Positions 20,863-32,536 of a DNA stretch of 64,000 nucleotides are shown in pieces. Numbering within the stretch: the stretch's first letter is position 1; each line of letters begins with the position of its first letter. The translations under genes and the position numbers were made by a program. Source of the DNA: Tubulanus polymorphus (lineage: Eukaryota; Animalia; Nemertea); assembly GCF_964204645.1 (NCBI RefSeq), contig NC_134032.1, positions 14,372,275 through 14,436,274 of the forward strand. The letters are read 5' to 3'. The notes under the pieces were generated by a model. It worked only from the letters and a program-made list of their open reading frames with translations. It ran no database searches and had not been told where the DNA came from.

Positions 20863-22101
20863 CTAATATTGATAGTTGTGTTGTTTACTGAGCGGTGGAG
20901 TAGGTGACCGAACGACCATCATCTGCTGCTGCTGCTGCTGTTGATTTTGCTCGTCGAGATTCCGTCTCAAACGTCCCGTTAAATTCAACAGATCGATTGT
21001 CGCCGAGTGACTCTCCACGATTTCCATCGTCAACAAATCATCGACGGTCGTCGTCGTGGTTACCGTTTCCATGCCGATATCGGTGTCGTTGTAAGCGATG
21101 TTGTTGTACCCGTCGTTTGGTTGTTTTCCGACGTCTAAACGATAGTTGCTATTGACGAGATATTGACTGTGTTGTTCGCGGCAGTGTTTGCGCACGAGAC
21201 CCTCGGTGTCGAACGAGACGAGACGCCCGGTGAGCTGGTAACACACGCAGCACGAGAACAGCTGCGTCGCGTGGTGCGTCGAGATGTGTCGAACCATCGC
21301 CGTCTGCGAGTTACACGAGAACGGCATCTCCAGATTCTCGTTAATACACAACGTGCATAGCAACGGTTCCTCCTGGTTGCTAACCGCGTACAATCTAATT
21401 TCGGCGGGCGTCGTATCGGGGACGTGTATCTCCGTGGCGACATCCTCGACGGCGGCCACCTCCGACGGCGTAGTGGCCGTCTCGGGATGAACGGCGACCG
21501 CCGGCGTCGTGATCACGTGAGCGGCTGCCGATTCGATGATTCGTTTGCGATTCTTACTGCGATCGCGACACGAACGTATACGCGTGCGTAATTGTTGCTT
21601 CGTCATGGCGATACCGGTGTAATTGTTACGTTTCATCAGATGCGCGTATTTCTTATAAATCTGTTTCGACGAAGCGGCCTGCGACACGACCAGCCGGTCG
21701 AGGTCGTCTTTAAACGACTGCGACAGACGTTTAGTCGGCTGCACCGCCTCCTCCTGGTGGTAGTTCGCGTTATTAACGCCCTCGTACATCTTCCATTTTT
21801 TCATGTCGCTGAAATCGATAATGAGAAACATCGACCAGGCACATTCGAAATGCTCGTGGTAGAAATTCACTTTCATTTTTTTCGTTTTCTCCATATACGC
21901 CGGACGTTGGCGCTTGTATTTACAGTAGTAGTTATGACACGAATTGCAGACTTTGTGCCCGAATAATTTATACCAGTGTCGCGTGTTCGTCGCGCGGCAG
22001 TTCGTACACGCTACGTCACCGCGTTGAAGATCGAGCCCGCAGCCCGAACAGTTCTGCACGTCTAAACTACGATCGATATCTTTGATCAGATTGAGACATT
22101 T
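20863..22101 (-). pseudogene. 3'-partial duplicate of the zinc-finger gene terminal exon (copy A)
   Basis: Identical translation to the last ~412 aa of the 794-aa ORF; no ATG at the 5' end (track start is TTG after an in-frame TAG). Confidence 0.7.
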
Positions 22102-22778
22102 AAAATTAAATCCTAACAACTATGGCAGTGACTCTGGAATCTTGAGAAGTCATATAATGATACAGTGGAGTCATAAATTGTGACTAAGTGACCAACCATT
22201 TAATACGTACGCACAATAGGGGGGAGGGGAGGCCTGAAAATGCTTATATTATAAGCGTACGTGGCTCTGTGGCGTAGAGGGGATGGAGGGAGGGAGGGGG
22301 TGGGTACATGGCTCTGTGGCGTAGAGGGGATGGAGGGAGGGAGGGGGTGGGTACGTGGCTCTGTGGCGTAGAGGGGATGGAGGGAGGGAGGGGGTGGGTA
22401 CGTGGCTCTGTGGCGTAGAGGGGATGGAGGGAGGGAGGGGGTGGGTATGTGGCTCTATGGCGTACAGGGGATGGAGGGAGGGGGGAGGTACGTGGCTCTG
22501 TGGCGTACAGGGGATGGATGGAGGAAGGGGGTGGGTACGTGGCTCTGTGGCGTACAGGGGATGGAGGGAGGGGGGAGGTACGTGGCTCTGTGGCGTACAG
22601 GGGATGGAGGGAGGGAGGGGGTGGGTACGTGGCTCTGAGGCGTACAGGGGATTGAGGGGGATTGAGGGAAGGGTAACACACCTAATAATCATTTTGCACT
22701 CTATTATTGACCATTCATTTTATTGAGTTTTGCGTACAGACTAAATGGAGGTCCCTAAAGAGTCTCGAGGAACCAGGT

Positions 22779-24017
22779 CTAATATTGATAGTTGTGTTGT
22801 TTACTGAGCGGTGGAGTAGGTGACCGAACGACCATCATCTGCTGCTGCTGCTGCTGTTGATTTTGCTCGTCGAGATTCCGTCTCAAACGTCCCGTTAAAT
22901 TCAACAGATCGATTGTCGCCGAGTGACTCTCCACGATTTCCATCGTCAACAAATCATCGACGGTCGTCGTCGTGGTTACCGTTTCCATGCCGATATCGGT
23001 GTCGTTGTAAGCGATGTTGTTGTACCCGTCGTTTGGTTGTTTTCCGACGTCTAAACGATAGTTGCTATTGACGAGATATTGACTGTGTTGTTCGCGGCAG
23101 TGTTTGCGCACGAGACCCTCGGTGTCGAACGAGACGAGACGCCCGGTGAGCTGGTAACACACGCAGCACGAGAACAGCTGCGTCGCGTGGTGCGTCGAGA
23201 TGTGTCGAACCATCGCCGTCTGCGAGTTACACGAGAACGGCATCTCCAGATTCTCGTTAATACACAACGTGCATAGCAACGGTTCCTCCTGGTTGCTAAC
23301 CGCGTACAATCTAATTTCGGCGGGCGTCGTATCGGGGACGTGTATCTCCGTGGCGACATCCTCGACGGCGGCCACCTCCGACGGCGTAGTGGCCGTCTCG
23401 GGATGAACGGCGACCGCCGGCGTCGTGATCACGTGAGCGGCTGCCGATTCGATGATTCGTTTGCGATTCTTACTGCGATCGCGACACGAACGTATACGCG
23501 TGCGTAATTGTTGCTTCGTCATGGCGATACCGGTGTAATTGTTACGTTTCATCAGATGCGCGTATTTCTTATAAATCTGTTTCGACGAAGCGGCCTGCGA
23601 CACGACCAGCCGGTCGAGGTCGTCTTTAAACGACTGCGACAGACGTTTAGTCGGCTGCACCGCCTCCTCCTGGTGGTAGTTCGCGTTATTAACGCCCTCG
23701 TACATCTTCCATTTTTTCATGTCGCTGAAATCGATAATGAGAAACATCGACCAGGCACATTCGAAATGCTCGTGGTAGAAATTCACTTTCATTTTTTTCG
23801 TTTTCTCCATATACGCCGGACGTTGGCGCTTGTATTTACAGTAGTAGTTATGACACGAATTGCAGACTTTGTGCCCGAATAATTTATACCAGTGTCGCGT
23901 GTTCGTCGCGCGGCAGTTCGTACACGCTACGTCACCGCGTTGAAGATCGAGCCCGCAGCCCGAACAGTTCTGCACGTCTAAACTACGATCGATATCTTTG
24001 ATCAGATTGAGACATTT
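22779..24017 (-). pseudogene. 3'-partial duplicate of the zinc-finger gene terminal exon (copy B)
   Basis: Same as copy A, shifted by 1916 bp. Confidence 0.7.
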
Positions 24018-24694
24018 AAAATTAAATCCTAACAACTATGGCAGTGACTCTGGAATCTTGAGAAGTCATATAATGATACAGTGGAGTCATAAATTGTGAC
24101 TAAGTGACCAACCATTTAATACGTACGCACAATAGGGGGGAGGGGAGGCCTGAAAATGCTTATATTATAAGCGTACGTGGCTCTGTGGCGTAGAGGGGAT
24201 GGAGGGAGGGAGGGGGTGGGTACATGGCTCTGTGGCGTAGAGGGGATGGAGGGAGGGAGGGGGTGGGTACGTGGCTCTGTGGCGTAGAGGGGATGGAGGG
24301 AGGGAGGGGGTGGGTACGTGGCTCTGTGGCGTAGAGGGGATGGAGGGAGGGAGGGGGTGGGTATGTGGCTCTATGGCGTACAGGGGATGGAGGGAGGGGG
24401 GAGGTACGTGGCTCTGTGGCGTACAGGGGATGGATGGAGGAAGGGGGTGGGTACGTGGCTCTGTGGCGTACAGGGGATGGAGGGAGGGGGGAGGTACGTG
24501 GCTCTGTGGCGTACAGGGGATGGAGGGAGGGAGGGGGTGGGTACGTGGCTCTGAGGCGTACAGGGGATTGAGGGGGATTGAGGGAAGGGTAACACACCTA
24601 ATAATCATTTTGCACTCTATTATTGACCATTCATTTTATTGAGTTTTGCGTACAGACTAAATGGAGGTCCCTAAAGAGTCTCGAGGAACCAGGT

Positions 24695-27600
24695 CTAATA
24701 TTGATAGTTGTGTTGTTTACTGAGCGGTGGAGTAGGTGACCGAACGACCATCATCTGCTGCTGCTGCTGCTGTTGATTTTGCTCGTCGAGATTCCGTCTC
24801 AAACGTCCCGTTAAATTCAACAGATCGATTGTCGCCGAGTGACTCTCCACGATTTCCATCGTCAACAAATCATCGACGGTCGTCGTCGTGGTTACCGTTT
24901 CCATGCCGATATCGGTGTCGTTGTAAGCGATGTTGTTGTACCCGTCGTTTGGTTGTTTTCCGACGTCTAAACGATAGTTGCTATTGACGAGATATTGACT
25001 GTGTTGTTCGCGGCAGTGTTTGCGCACGAGACCCTCGGTGTCGAACGAGACGAGACGCCCGGTGAGCTGGTAACACACGCAGCACGAGAACAGCTGCGTC
25101 GCGTGGTGCGTCGAGATGTGTCGAACCATCGCCGTCTGCGAGTTACACGAGAACGGCATCTCCAGATTCTCGTTAATACACAACGTGCATAGCAACGGTT
25201 CCTCCTGGTTGCTAACCGCGTACAATCTAATTTCGGCGGGCGTCGTATCGGGGACGTGTATCTCCGTGGCGACATCCTCGACGGCGGCCACCTCCGACGG
25301 CGTAGTGGCCGTCTCGGGATGAACGGCGACCGCCGGCGTCGTGATCACGTGAGCGGCTGCCGATTCGATGATTCGTTTGCGATTCTTACTGCGATCGCGA
25401 CACGAACGTATACGCGTGCGTAATTGTTGCTTCGTCATGGCGATACCGGTGTAATTGTTACGTTTCATCAGATGCGCGTATTTCTTATAAATCTGTTTCG
25501 ACGAAGCGGCCTGCGACACGACCAGCCGGTCGAGGTCGTCTTTAAACGACTGCGACAGACGTTTAGTCGGCTGCACCGCCTCCTCCTGGTGGTAGTTCGC
25601 GTTATTAACGCCCTCGTACATCTTCCATTTTTTCATGTCGCTGAAATCGATAATGAGAAACATCGACCAGGCACATTCGAAATGCTCGTGGTAGAAATTC
25701 ACTTTCATTTTTTTCGTTTTCTCCATATACGCCGGACGTTGGCGCTTGTATTTACAGTAGTAGTTATGACACGAATTGCAGACTTTGTGCCCGAATAATT
25801 TATACCAGTGTCGCGTGTTCGTCGCGCGGCAGTTCGTACACGCTACGTCACCGCGTTGAAGATCGAGCCCGCAGCCCGAACAGTTCTGCACGTCTAAACT
25901 ACGATCGATATCTTTGATCAGATTGAGACATTTCGCGCGACATTGATCGGACTTTCCGGCGCAGGTTATCTGTAACGTGACGGCGCGTCCTTTACGCGTT
26001 GTAGTGTCACCCGCGTCGTCCTGTAACGCGTAGACGTCGTCGAATCGATGGCTGCGACCCCAGTTTTTATTGTAATACGTCGATATTCCGGCCTGCAGAT
26101 TATCGGGGCTGATCGCGACGATGCCTTTTTCGAAATTATAACGCTTTTTAAAATCGAAACGAAACCCGTCGAAATACCACTTAGTCGGAGCGCCGACCTC
26201 CAGTTCGCCGATGTAGCGCCATCTTTTATTAAATCTATCGATTTTCGACTCGGTCTCAGTCGTCGTCGCCGACTTGGACTTTGTTTTCGCGACGTTATCT
26301 TTCGTCGCTGGTATTTTGTAACAATCGCGGAGCCACTGAACGGCTTCGTCCGAAGCGATGAATTGATTAATATCGTCCATGGCGACCGGATCGTCTGAAC
26401 CGTTCGCCGACGCAAACTTCTTATGAACGACTCGTTTATTGTGCAACATGAATTCGACGCTTAAATGATCCGATTTCGCGCGAACCGCCGGTTTCCGTAG
26501 CAACAACGAATCAACGGTCATGCACTTGTCGACGTCGATATCCAGTCCGGGAAGGTCGTTTTTAGCTTTAACCGCCTGCAGGCAGTCGTCGCTGCCGAGA
26601 TACGCGTTGATTTTCGCCATGGCGTTTTTGTCGTCGCGACCTGCTCGACTACACGGAAACCACCGAACCAACGTCTCGTAATTATTCTTCATATGCAGCG
26701 TCAGTCCGAGCGTACTCCGACGCGACGTCGTCCTCATCCGTACCAACGGCAGTCGTCGTAGCAACGCGCGTAACTCCGGCGGTACGATCAATTCCGACTG
26801 ATAACTCTTCAACACGCCGCTAGATGGCGCCGGTTTATTGACGACCGTAGCGGACGGACTGGGCGCTTTACGACACTCGACCGTCAGGACTTTTTCTCCG
26901 TTTTTTAGCGGTACGACCTCGATGCACAAGTGATCGGTGCCGGGTTCTATTTCGATGCGTTGTTCTCCGATTACGAGGTGGTCGTTGTCGAACGAGATCC
27001 CGCCCGACGATTTCAACAACTCCTGCAACTCTTCCGGATCGCTGTGCGTTTTTACCGTCATCGTTTTATCATCGATCACCTGTCATAATTAGAATAACAT
27101 CAGCGTTCAATAATCAAACCACGGAACAATATATACTATACACTAATGTACAAGAATGTACTGGATTGGTAACAGAAGCTGGGTAATGATTGAGTGACAG
27201 CGCTTTGAGCATTCATTGGAAAGGCGCTATATAAGCACTAATTATCATTATTATTACACTACGTTTATGAGGGTCAACCCACGATATACCGTCCACATCT
27301 CGGTGCAGAATTATTTTGGCGGTATAGAGAGTATGGTGGTATATCGGGGGTGTTTTACTATGTATTTGAATAGAGATGTACATTGAGAAAACTTGGCTGT
27401 AGGCGGGGGTGGCGGTAAATGGGAGGGCGGTATATCGAGGGTGTTTTACTATGTATTTGAATAGAGATGTACATTGAGAAAACTTGGCTGTAGGCGGGGG
27501 TGGCGGTAAATGGGAGGGCGGTATATCGAGGGTGTTTTACTATGTATTTGAATAGAGATGTACATTGAGAAAACCTGGCGGTAGGCGGGGGTGGTGGTAT

Positions 27601-28968
27601 ATGGGAGGGTGGTATATCGGGGGTGTTTTACTATGTATTTGTGTAGAGATGTACATTGAGAAAACCTGGTGGTAGGCGGGAGTGGCGGTAAATGGGAGGG
27701 TGGTATATTGGGGGTGTTTTACTGTGTATTTGAATAGAGATGTACATGACGATGATGTACAGAAAACTTGGCAGTAGGCGGGGGTGTCGGTATATCGGGG
27801 GTTGACTGTAGAATGTTGCTGCTGAATACAACTGATGCATCAGGCGGAATGCCCGAGCGTACGTCGACCCGTTAATGAAGGCAGAGAATGATTGAATAGT
27901 CATTATCTTAAACTATAGCGGTGTATAAAAAACATGTTAATCAATCTCTTGAAATTTTCAAATTATCTCCAGCACTTTGCAGGTATTATCAAAAATACGT
28001 ACTTTTGGTATTATGGGAATGAAAGTCAGCATTGAAAGGGTATTCAAGGCAAAATTTATTAAACAACGATATCAATTAATCATTACCTCTTCGGTTTCCT
28101 CCTCTCTCTCTATTACATATTTCACCTCCTGTTGCTCCGGTGCAGCTGCCAATTGTTTGCTCGCGCTCATTTCAATCGACGGCCATTTATACTTGCTTTT
28201 ACCAGCTCCGCCACCAGTGGCGCCCTCGTCGTCGTCTTGTGGCGCGAAATCGCTATCGATATTCTGTTTAATCTCGTCCGCTAACTGGTGAAATTTTCGT
28301 TTCTTGGAAACGACGATTTTGTTTTTCGACGACGTGGTTTTGCCACCGCCGCGTTTGGAAGAAGATTTTGAAACGACCGAACAGTCGGGAGTCTTCGAGC
28401 TGAGCATCGGAATTGATGAGGACGGCTCCTGCGTCGGAGCATTCCCGGATATACGCGCTACGGCCCGTTGTATCGAGTTTTCTATCGCCGCAGTCGCTTG
28501 CTGCTGCTGTGCGGGCACTGTCGTAGGAAAAAAATTAAATACATTATTCAGGGCTTCATGTAAGCACTCAAAGGGGGGGGGTACATGATCACCCAGAATC
28601 TAGGCCGAGCGCTTGGTTTACAGTAAGGCTAATTATTAAGACTCAGCTAAACGAGAAACTTATGACACACACCAGATGGCGCAACAATACACAGTTAATT
28701 TTGTACAGGTTCCCTGATCGACGCGATTTGAGGTGTTTTAAAGATTAGCCTAAGCGAAATATCCCCAAAAATTTCATGTCACATGAAATCGATAAATAGA
28801 CTGATTAGTCATGTTTTGCTTACCGGGGGTAATTTTCAACGTGCCCTTTTTAATCATCTCTTCGAACTGTTTGACGGTCAGCGAGGTTTTCAAAACCTTA
28901 ACGCCGGTGATCGGCAGATTAGCAGTCGTCGGGTTGACGACAGTCGATGGCGGTTTAGTCTCGGCCAT
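24695..28968 (-). CDS. Uncharacterised ~986-aa putative DNA-binding protein (GATA-type finger, two C2H2 fingers, polyQ); coding exons 28824-28968, 28087-28517, 24695-27079; probable 5'UTR exon ending at 29201
   Basis: Junctions CCCG|gtaagc, cgacag|TG, GAG|gtaatg and atgacag|GTG are frame-consistent (2961 nt). Motifs CTNC-x16-CNSC..YY.KY...RP, CTLC..HISTHH and CCVC..HCREQH; NLS-like KKRK; AATAAA ~55 nt after the stop. Confidence 0.85.
27270..27810. mobile_element. Tc1/mariner-type MITE with an internal 91-bp tandem array (~5 copies), intronic
   Basis: gtcaacccacgatatacc ... ggtatatcgggggttgactgTA; tgttttacta at 27351, 27442 and 27533. Confidence 0.75.
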
Positions 28969-29078
28969 CGTTGTATTTACCCTGAAAAAACATGGATTAA
29001 ATTCAGCAAATTTTTTATCAGAAAATATTTTTGAAAAAATTCAATGTCGATTGCGAATAGAGGGTTAAAACATAGTCG

Positions 29079-29440
29079 GCGCATGCGCACTGAACAAAAC
29101 GAAGTTAGTTGCATGAATGCGAAGTGAAAAATGGCGAATGTAAAAATTTTTGCGAAATTGAACGCGCGTTTGACTGATTGCAACGGGCGGCATTCCTCAC
29201 CTTTATCCTAAATCGATAACCGTTAATTCAAATACCGATAATCTCTTCATAAATCGTCGCTAAACAGACTAAAAAGTCGATTAATTGCGTTAAAATCGCC
29301 GAGATACAGTTCCACAAGTGCGTCGCCTCGGAAATCACCGACTACTTCCGAGTACCACTTCGGAAAACTCCGGAAGCTTCCGAGCTTGGATTCGGGGATT
29401 TCCGGTTGCCTGACTCCCGAGCGTCGATTCGGAAATCACG
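29079..29440 (-). promoter_or_regulatory. CpG-rich, housekeeping-type promoter/first-intron region of the zinc-finger gene
   Basis: NRF1-like GCGCATGCGCA at 29079-29089, YY1-like AAAATGGCG at 29128-29136, clustered ETS-like CTTCCG/CGGAA motifs at 29325-29435. Confidence 0.5.
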
Positions 29441-29828
29441 AACATTGCCGAACATCGCGATGATGACGTTCGATCGCGCACGCTTTTGTTTCGTTCAACT
29501 GTCACGTATTGTCGTATGTTTTCAAATATTGCACGCGGTTAGAATCGTAATCGAAACGTCGAATTACCACTTATAAACTCAACAGATATTGATGATGAAT
29601 ACAACTGACACTTCCCTAGAGCCTGTCAAGTAAAGTCGGCCAAAGAAAATTGCGAACCAAACCCACACCATCTCAGACATCACCGACGAACCACACCACG
29701 TCCACGGCATCAAAAAACCTCTGCCTCTGGCTTCATAAATTTGTACCCGGTAATCTCTTTATCAGAATGGAGAATCCGTCTACCTTCAATCATACTTTGG
29801 AGAGTCTGAAACCTACGGGCACGGCGCT

Positions 29829-30067
29829 CAGGGGCGGATTGAGACCGGACACGGTCGGACTTTTAAAGTGCCTTTTTATTTTTTCCCTTGTAACCACCTG
29901 AGATACACAATAGATATTTTTCCTAAATATATAACTTTTGTTTCTTGACTAAATGCCTCTCAGGAGAGCTCTAAAATTTTGATGATATGCCTTTCCACCC
30001 TAAATTAAGAATATATGTCCTTTTTATGGGTCGACGTGGTCACAACATGCCCCTGGACCCGCCATTG
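29829..30067. mobile_element. Degenerate hAT-like MITE
   Basis: caggggcggatt ... gcccctggacccgccattg termini; no TSD visible. Confidence 0.4.
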
Positions 30068-30469
30068 CAAACTAGGCCTACTGGGTCTGGGCGGGCGCGG
30101 CGGGGCTTAGACTTTCAGCTCTGGTGGTTCCTACCACGTCTTTAATCTAGATTTATTTTCAGCACAGCTCCGGTCCAAAGCTGCCAATTATTCCTGAAGA
30201 AGGTCCCTGAAGATGCCTCACTGCCCTACCCCCTTCTGTCTGGTGTATTTTTTATGCTATTGAAAATATATTGGTCCCCGCAACAATTTTCTATTGTCCT
30301 CCTAAAAATTGTTTAAATTCTTCGTTATTCTGTATTGTATCCTTGAGAATGTATTCCTGGTATTATTTTTAGTCAGGTGACAGCGGTAGCGTGGGTTGTT
30401 GGATGCGACAATAGTAACTAGAGAGGATGGTAGACCATTTATTAGGATACTGGGTTGGACCAACACTGT

Positions 30470-30667
30470 GAGATGCAGGACCATCACCAGAAATTGCTTG
30501 ACTATCACTGGAAAATGCTGGGCCATCACCAGAAATTGCTGTATCATCACCAGAAATTGCTGGGCCATCACCAGAAATTGCTGGGCCATCACCAGAAATT
30601 GCTGGACCATCACCAGAAAATGTTGGATCATCACTGGAAAATGCTGGACCATCACTGGAAACCAGTG
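30470..30667. repeat. 21-bp tandem repeat (ccatcaccagaaattgctggg)
   Basis: Direct reading; 7-aa periodicity in the ORF track. Confidence 0.9.
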
Positions 30668-31510
30668 TTAGAAGTAAGAGTGCACTGACCAGTCATGATT
30701 CATATAGGTGCCCCAGGGGCGGATCCAGCTGGTAAATATGACCATATTTCTAAAAATTACTGCTCAATTATCTACCGGCGACAAAAGGGATAAAAGGGGA
30801 TTTGATATCCTCCCGCAAGAAAAATATGAAAAATCACTCGTATTCCTTGTATCTAAAGGCATTCCGGACCTGATCAGACCTGATCAGATTAGGTTCTTCT
30901 AGAGAGTATGTTATTCACACTTTTCTGACTATATTCTGGAATACAGTGGAATATAGCTTGGATCCAACCCTGTGCCCTATCGTCGATAACAGGCCTAAAT
31001 TAATTGACTTCTATTTCAGGGGTCTTCAAATGATAGTTCAACGTTCTACTGATAGATGGCGTACATCGGATTCGTCGTAGTTAGATATTTTACAGATAGG
31101 CGGCGTAAAGGTAGAGTAAAACCTTTAGTAGATGAATCTTACAGATCATCGTCGTAGATATGAGCAAATTTTTAAATGACTACCAGTAAGTCCAAGCCTG
31201 TTGCCTTGTCAAAGCCCCCCATACCCGGGCCCACTCTCGAATCTAACCCCTTCCCTAGTCAGGATTTGAATTTGGCACCTCCTGCACTCTAGATGAGCAT
31301 ATTCTAAACACCAGAGTCGTCTGGAAGTTTGTTTTAAATGAGATCGGTGTCCAGTCAGGCGTGGGGATTGGATGTCAATTGCTCTAACTTTAACCAACTC
31401 TTGAGTTTCGATCAATGCCACAAACATAACAGCTCTATTCTACCCACAGAAACATGGCTCTAGAGATAGATACAAACTCCTCCATTATCAGTATCTCGCC
31501 CTTGTCAAAG

Positions 31511-32536
31511 TTTGGTGCTATCCTAGTTTGATACTATCCCAGTTTGGTACTATCCCAGTCTGGTGCTATCCCAGTTTGATACTATCCCAGTTTGATACTA
31601 TCCTAATCTGGTGCTATCCCAGTTTGATGCTATCCCAGTTTGATACTATCCCAGTTTGGTGCTATCCCAGTCTGGTGCTATCCCAGTTTGGTTCTATCCC
31701 AGTTAGATGCTATCCCAGTTTGGTACTATCCCAGTCTGGTGCTATCCCAGTTTGGTGCTATCCCAGTTTGGTGCTATCCCAGTATGATGCTATCCCAGTT
31801 TGGTACTATCCCAGTCTGGTGCTATCCCAGTTTGATGCTATCCCAGTCTTGTGCTATCCTAATCTGGTGCTATCCCAGTTTGGTGCTATCCCAGTTTGAT
31901 ACTATCCCAGTCTGGTGCTATCCCAGTTTGATACTATCCCAGTCTGGTGCTATCCCAGTTTGATACTATCCCAGTCTGGTGCTATCCTAATCCGGTGCTA
32001 TCCCAGTTTGGTGCTATCCCAGTTTGATACTATCCCAGTTTGGTGCTATCCCAGTTTGATACTATCCCAGTCTGGTGCTATCCCAGTTTGATACTATCCC
32101 AGTCTGGTGCTATCCTAATCCGGTGCTATCCCAGTTTGGTGCTATCCCAGTTTGATGCTATCCCAGTCTTGTGCTATCCTAATCTGGTGCTATCCCAGTT
32201 TGATACTATCCCAGTCTGGTGCTATCCTAATCCGGTGCTATCCCAGTTTGGTGCTATCCCAGTTTGATACTATCCCAGTCTGGTGCTATCCCAGTTTGAT
32301 ACTATCCCAGTCTGGTGCTATCCCAGTTTGATACTATCCCAGTCTGGTGCTATCCTAATCCGGTGCTATCCCAGTTTGGTGCTATCCCAGTTTGATGCTA
32401 TCCCAGTCTTGTGCTATCCTAATCTGGTGCTATCCCAGTTTGGTGCTATCCCAGTTTGATACTATCCCAGTCTGGTGCTATCCCAGTTTGATACTATCCC
32501 AGTCTGGTGCTATCCTAATCCGGTGCTATCCCAGTT
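31511..32536. repeat. 16-bp minisatellite (tttggtgctatcccag), ~64 copies
   Basis: Direct reading. Confidence 0.95.

Larger units (their letters stand above)
20190..25933. repeat. Tandem triplication, period 1916 bp (20190-22101, 22106-24017, 24022-25933)
   Basis: Every ORF in the track recurs with identical translation at +1916 and +3832; both junctions read gagacattt-aaaa-ttaaatcc. Confidence 0.97.

Noticed and set aside
29460-29901. Divergent plus-strand gene sharing the zinc-finger promoter
   Set aside because: Only short ORFs with no recognisable motifs or consistent splice chain; the 83-aa ORF runs into a MITE.
31528-32267. Cys/Pro-rich repeat ORFs, and the array as a possible CRISPR
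   Set aside because: 16-bp tandem units with no unique spacers, in a eukaryotic context with no cas genes.
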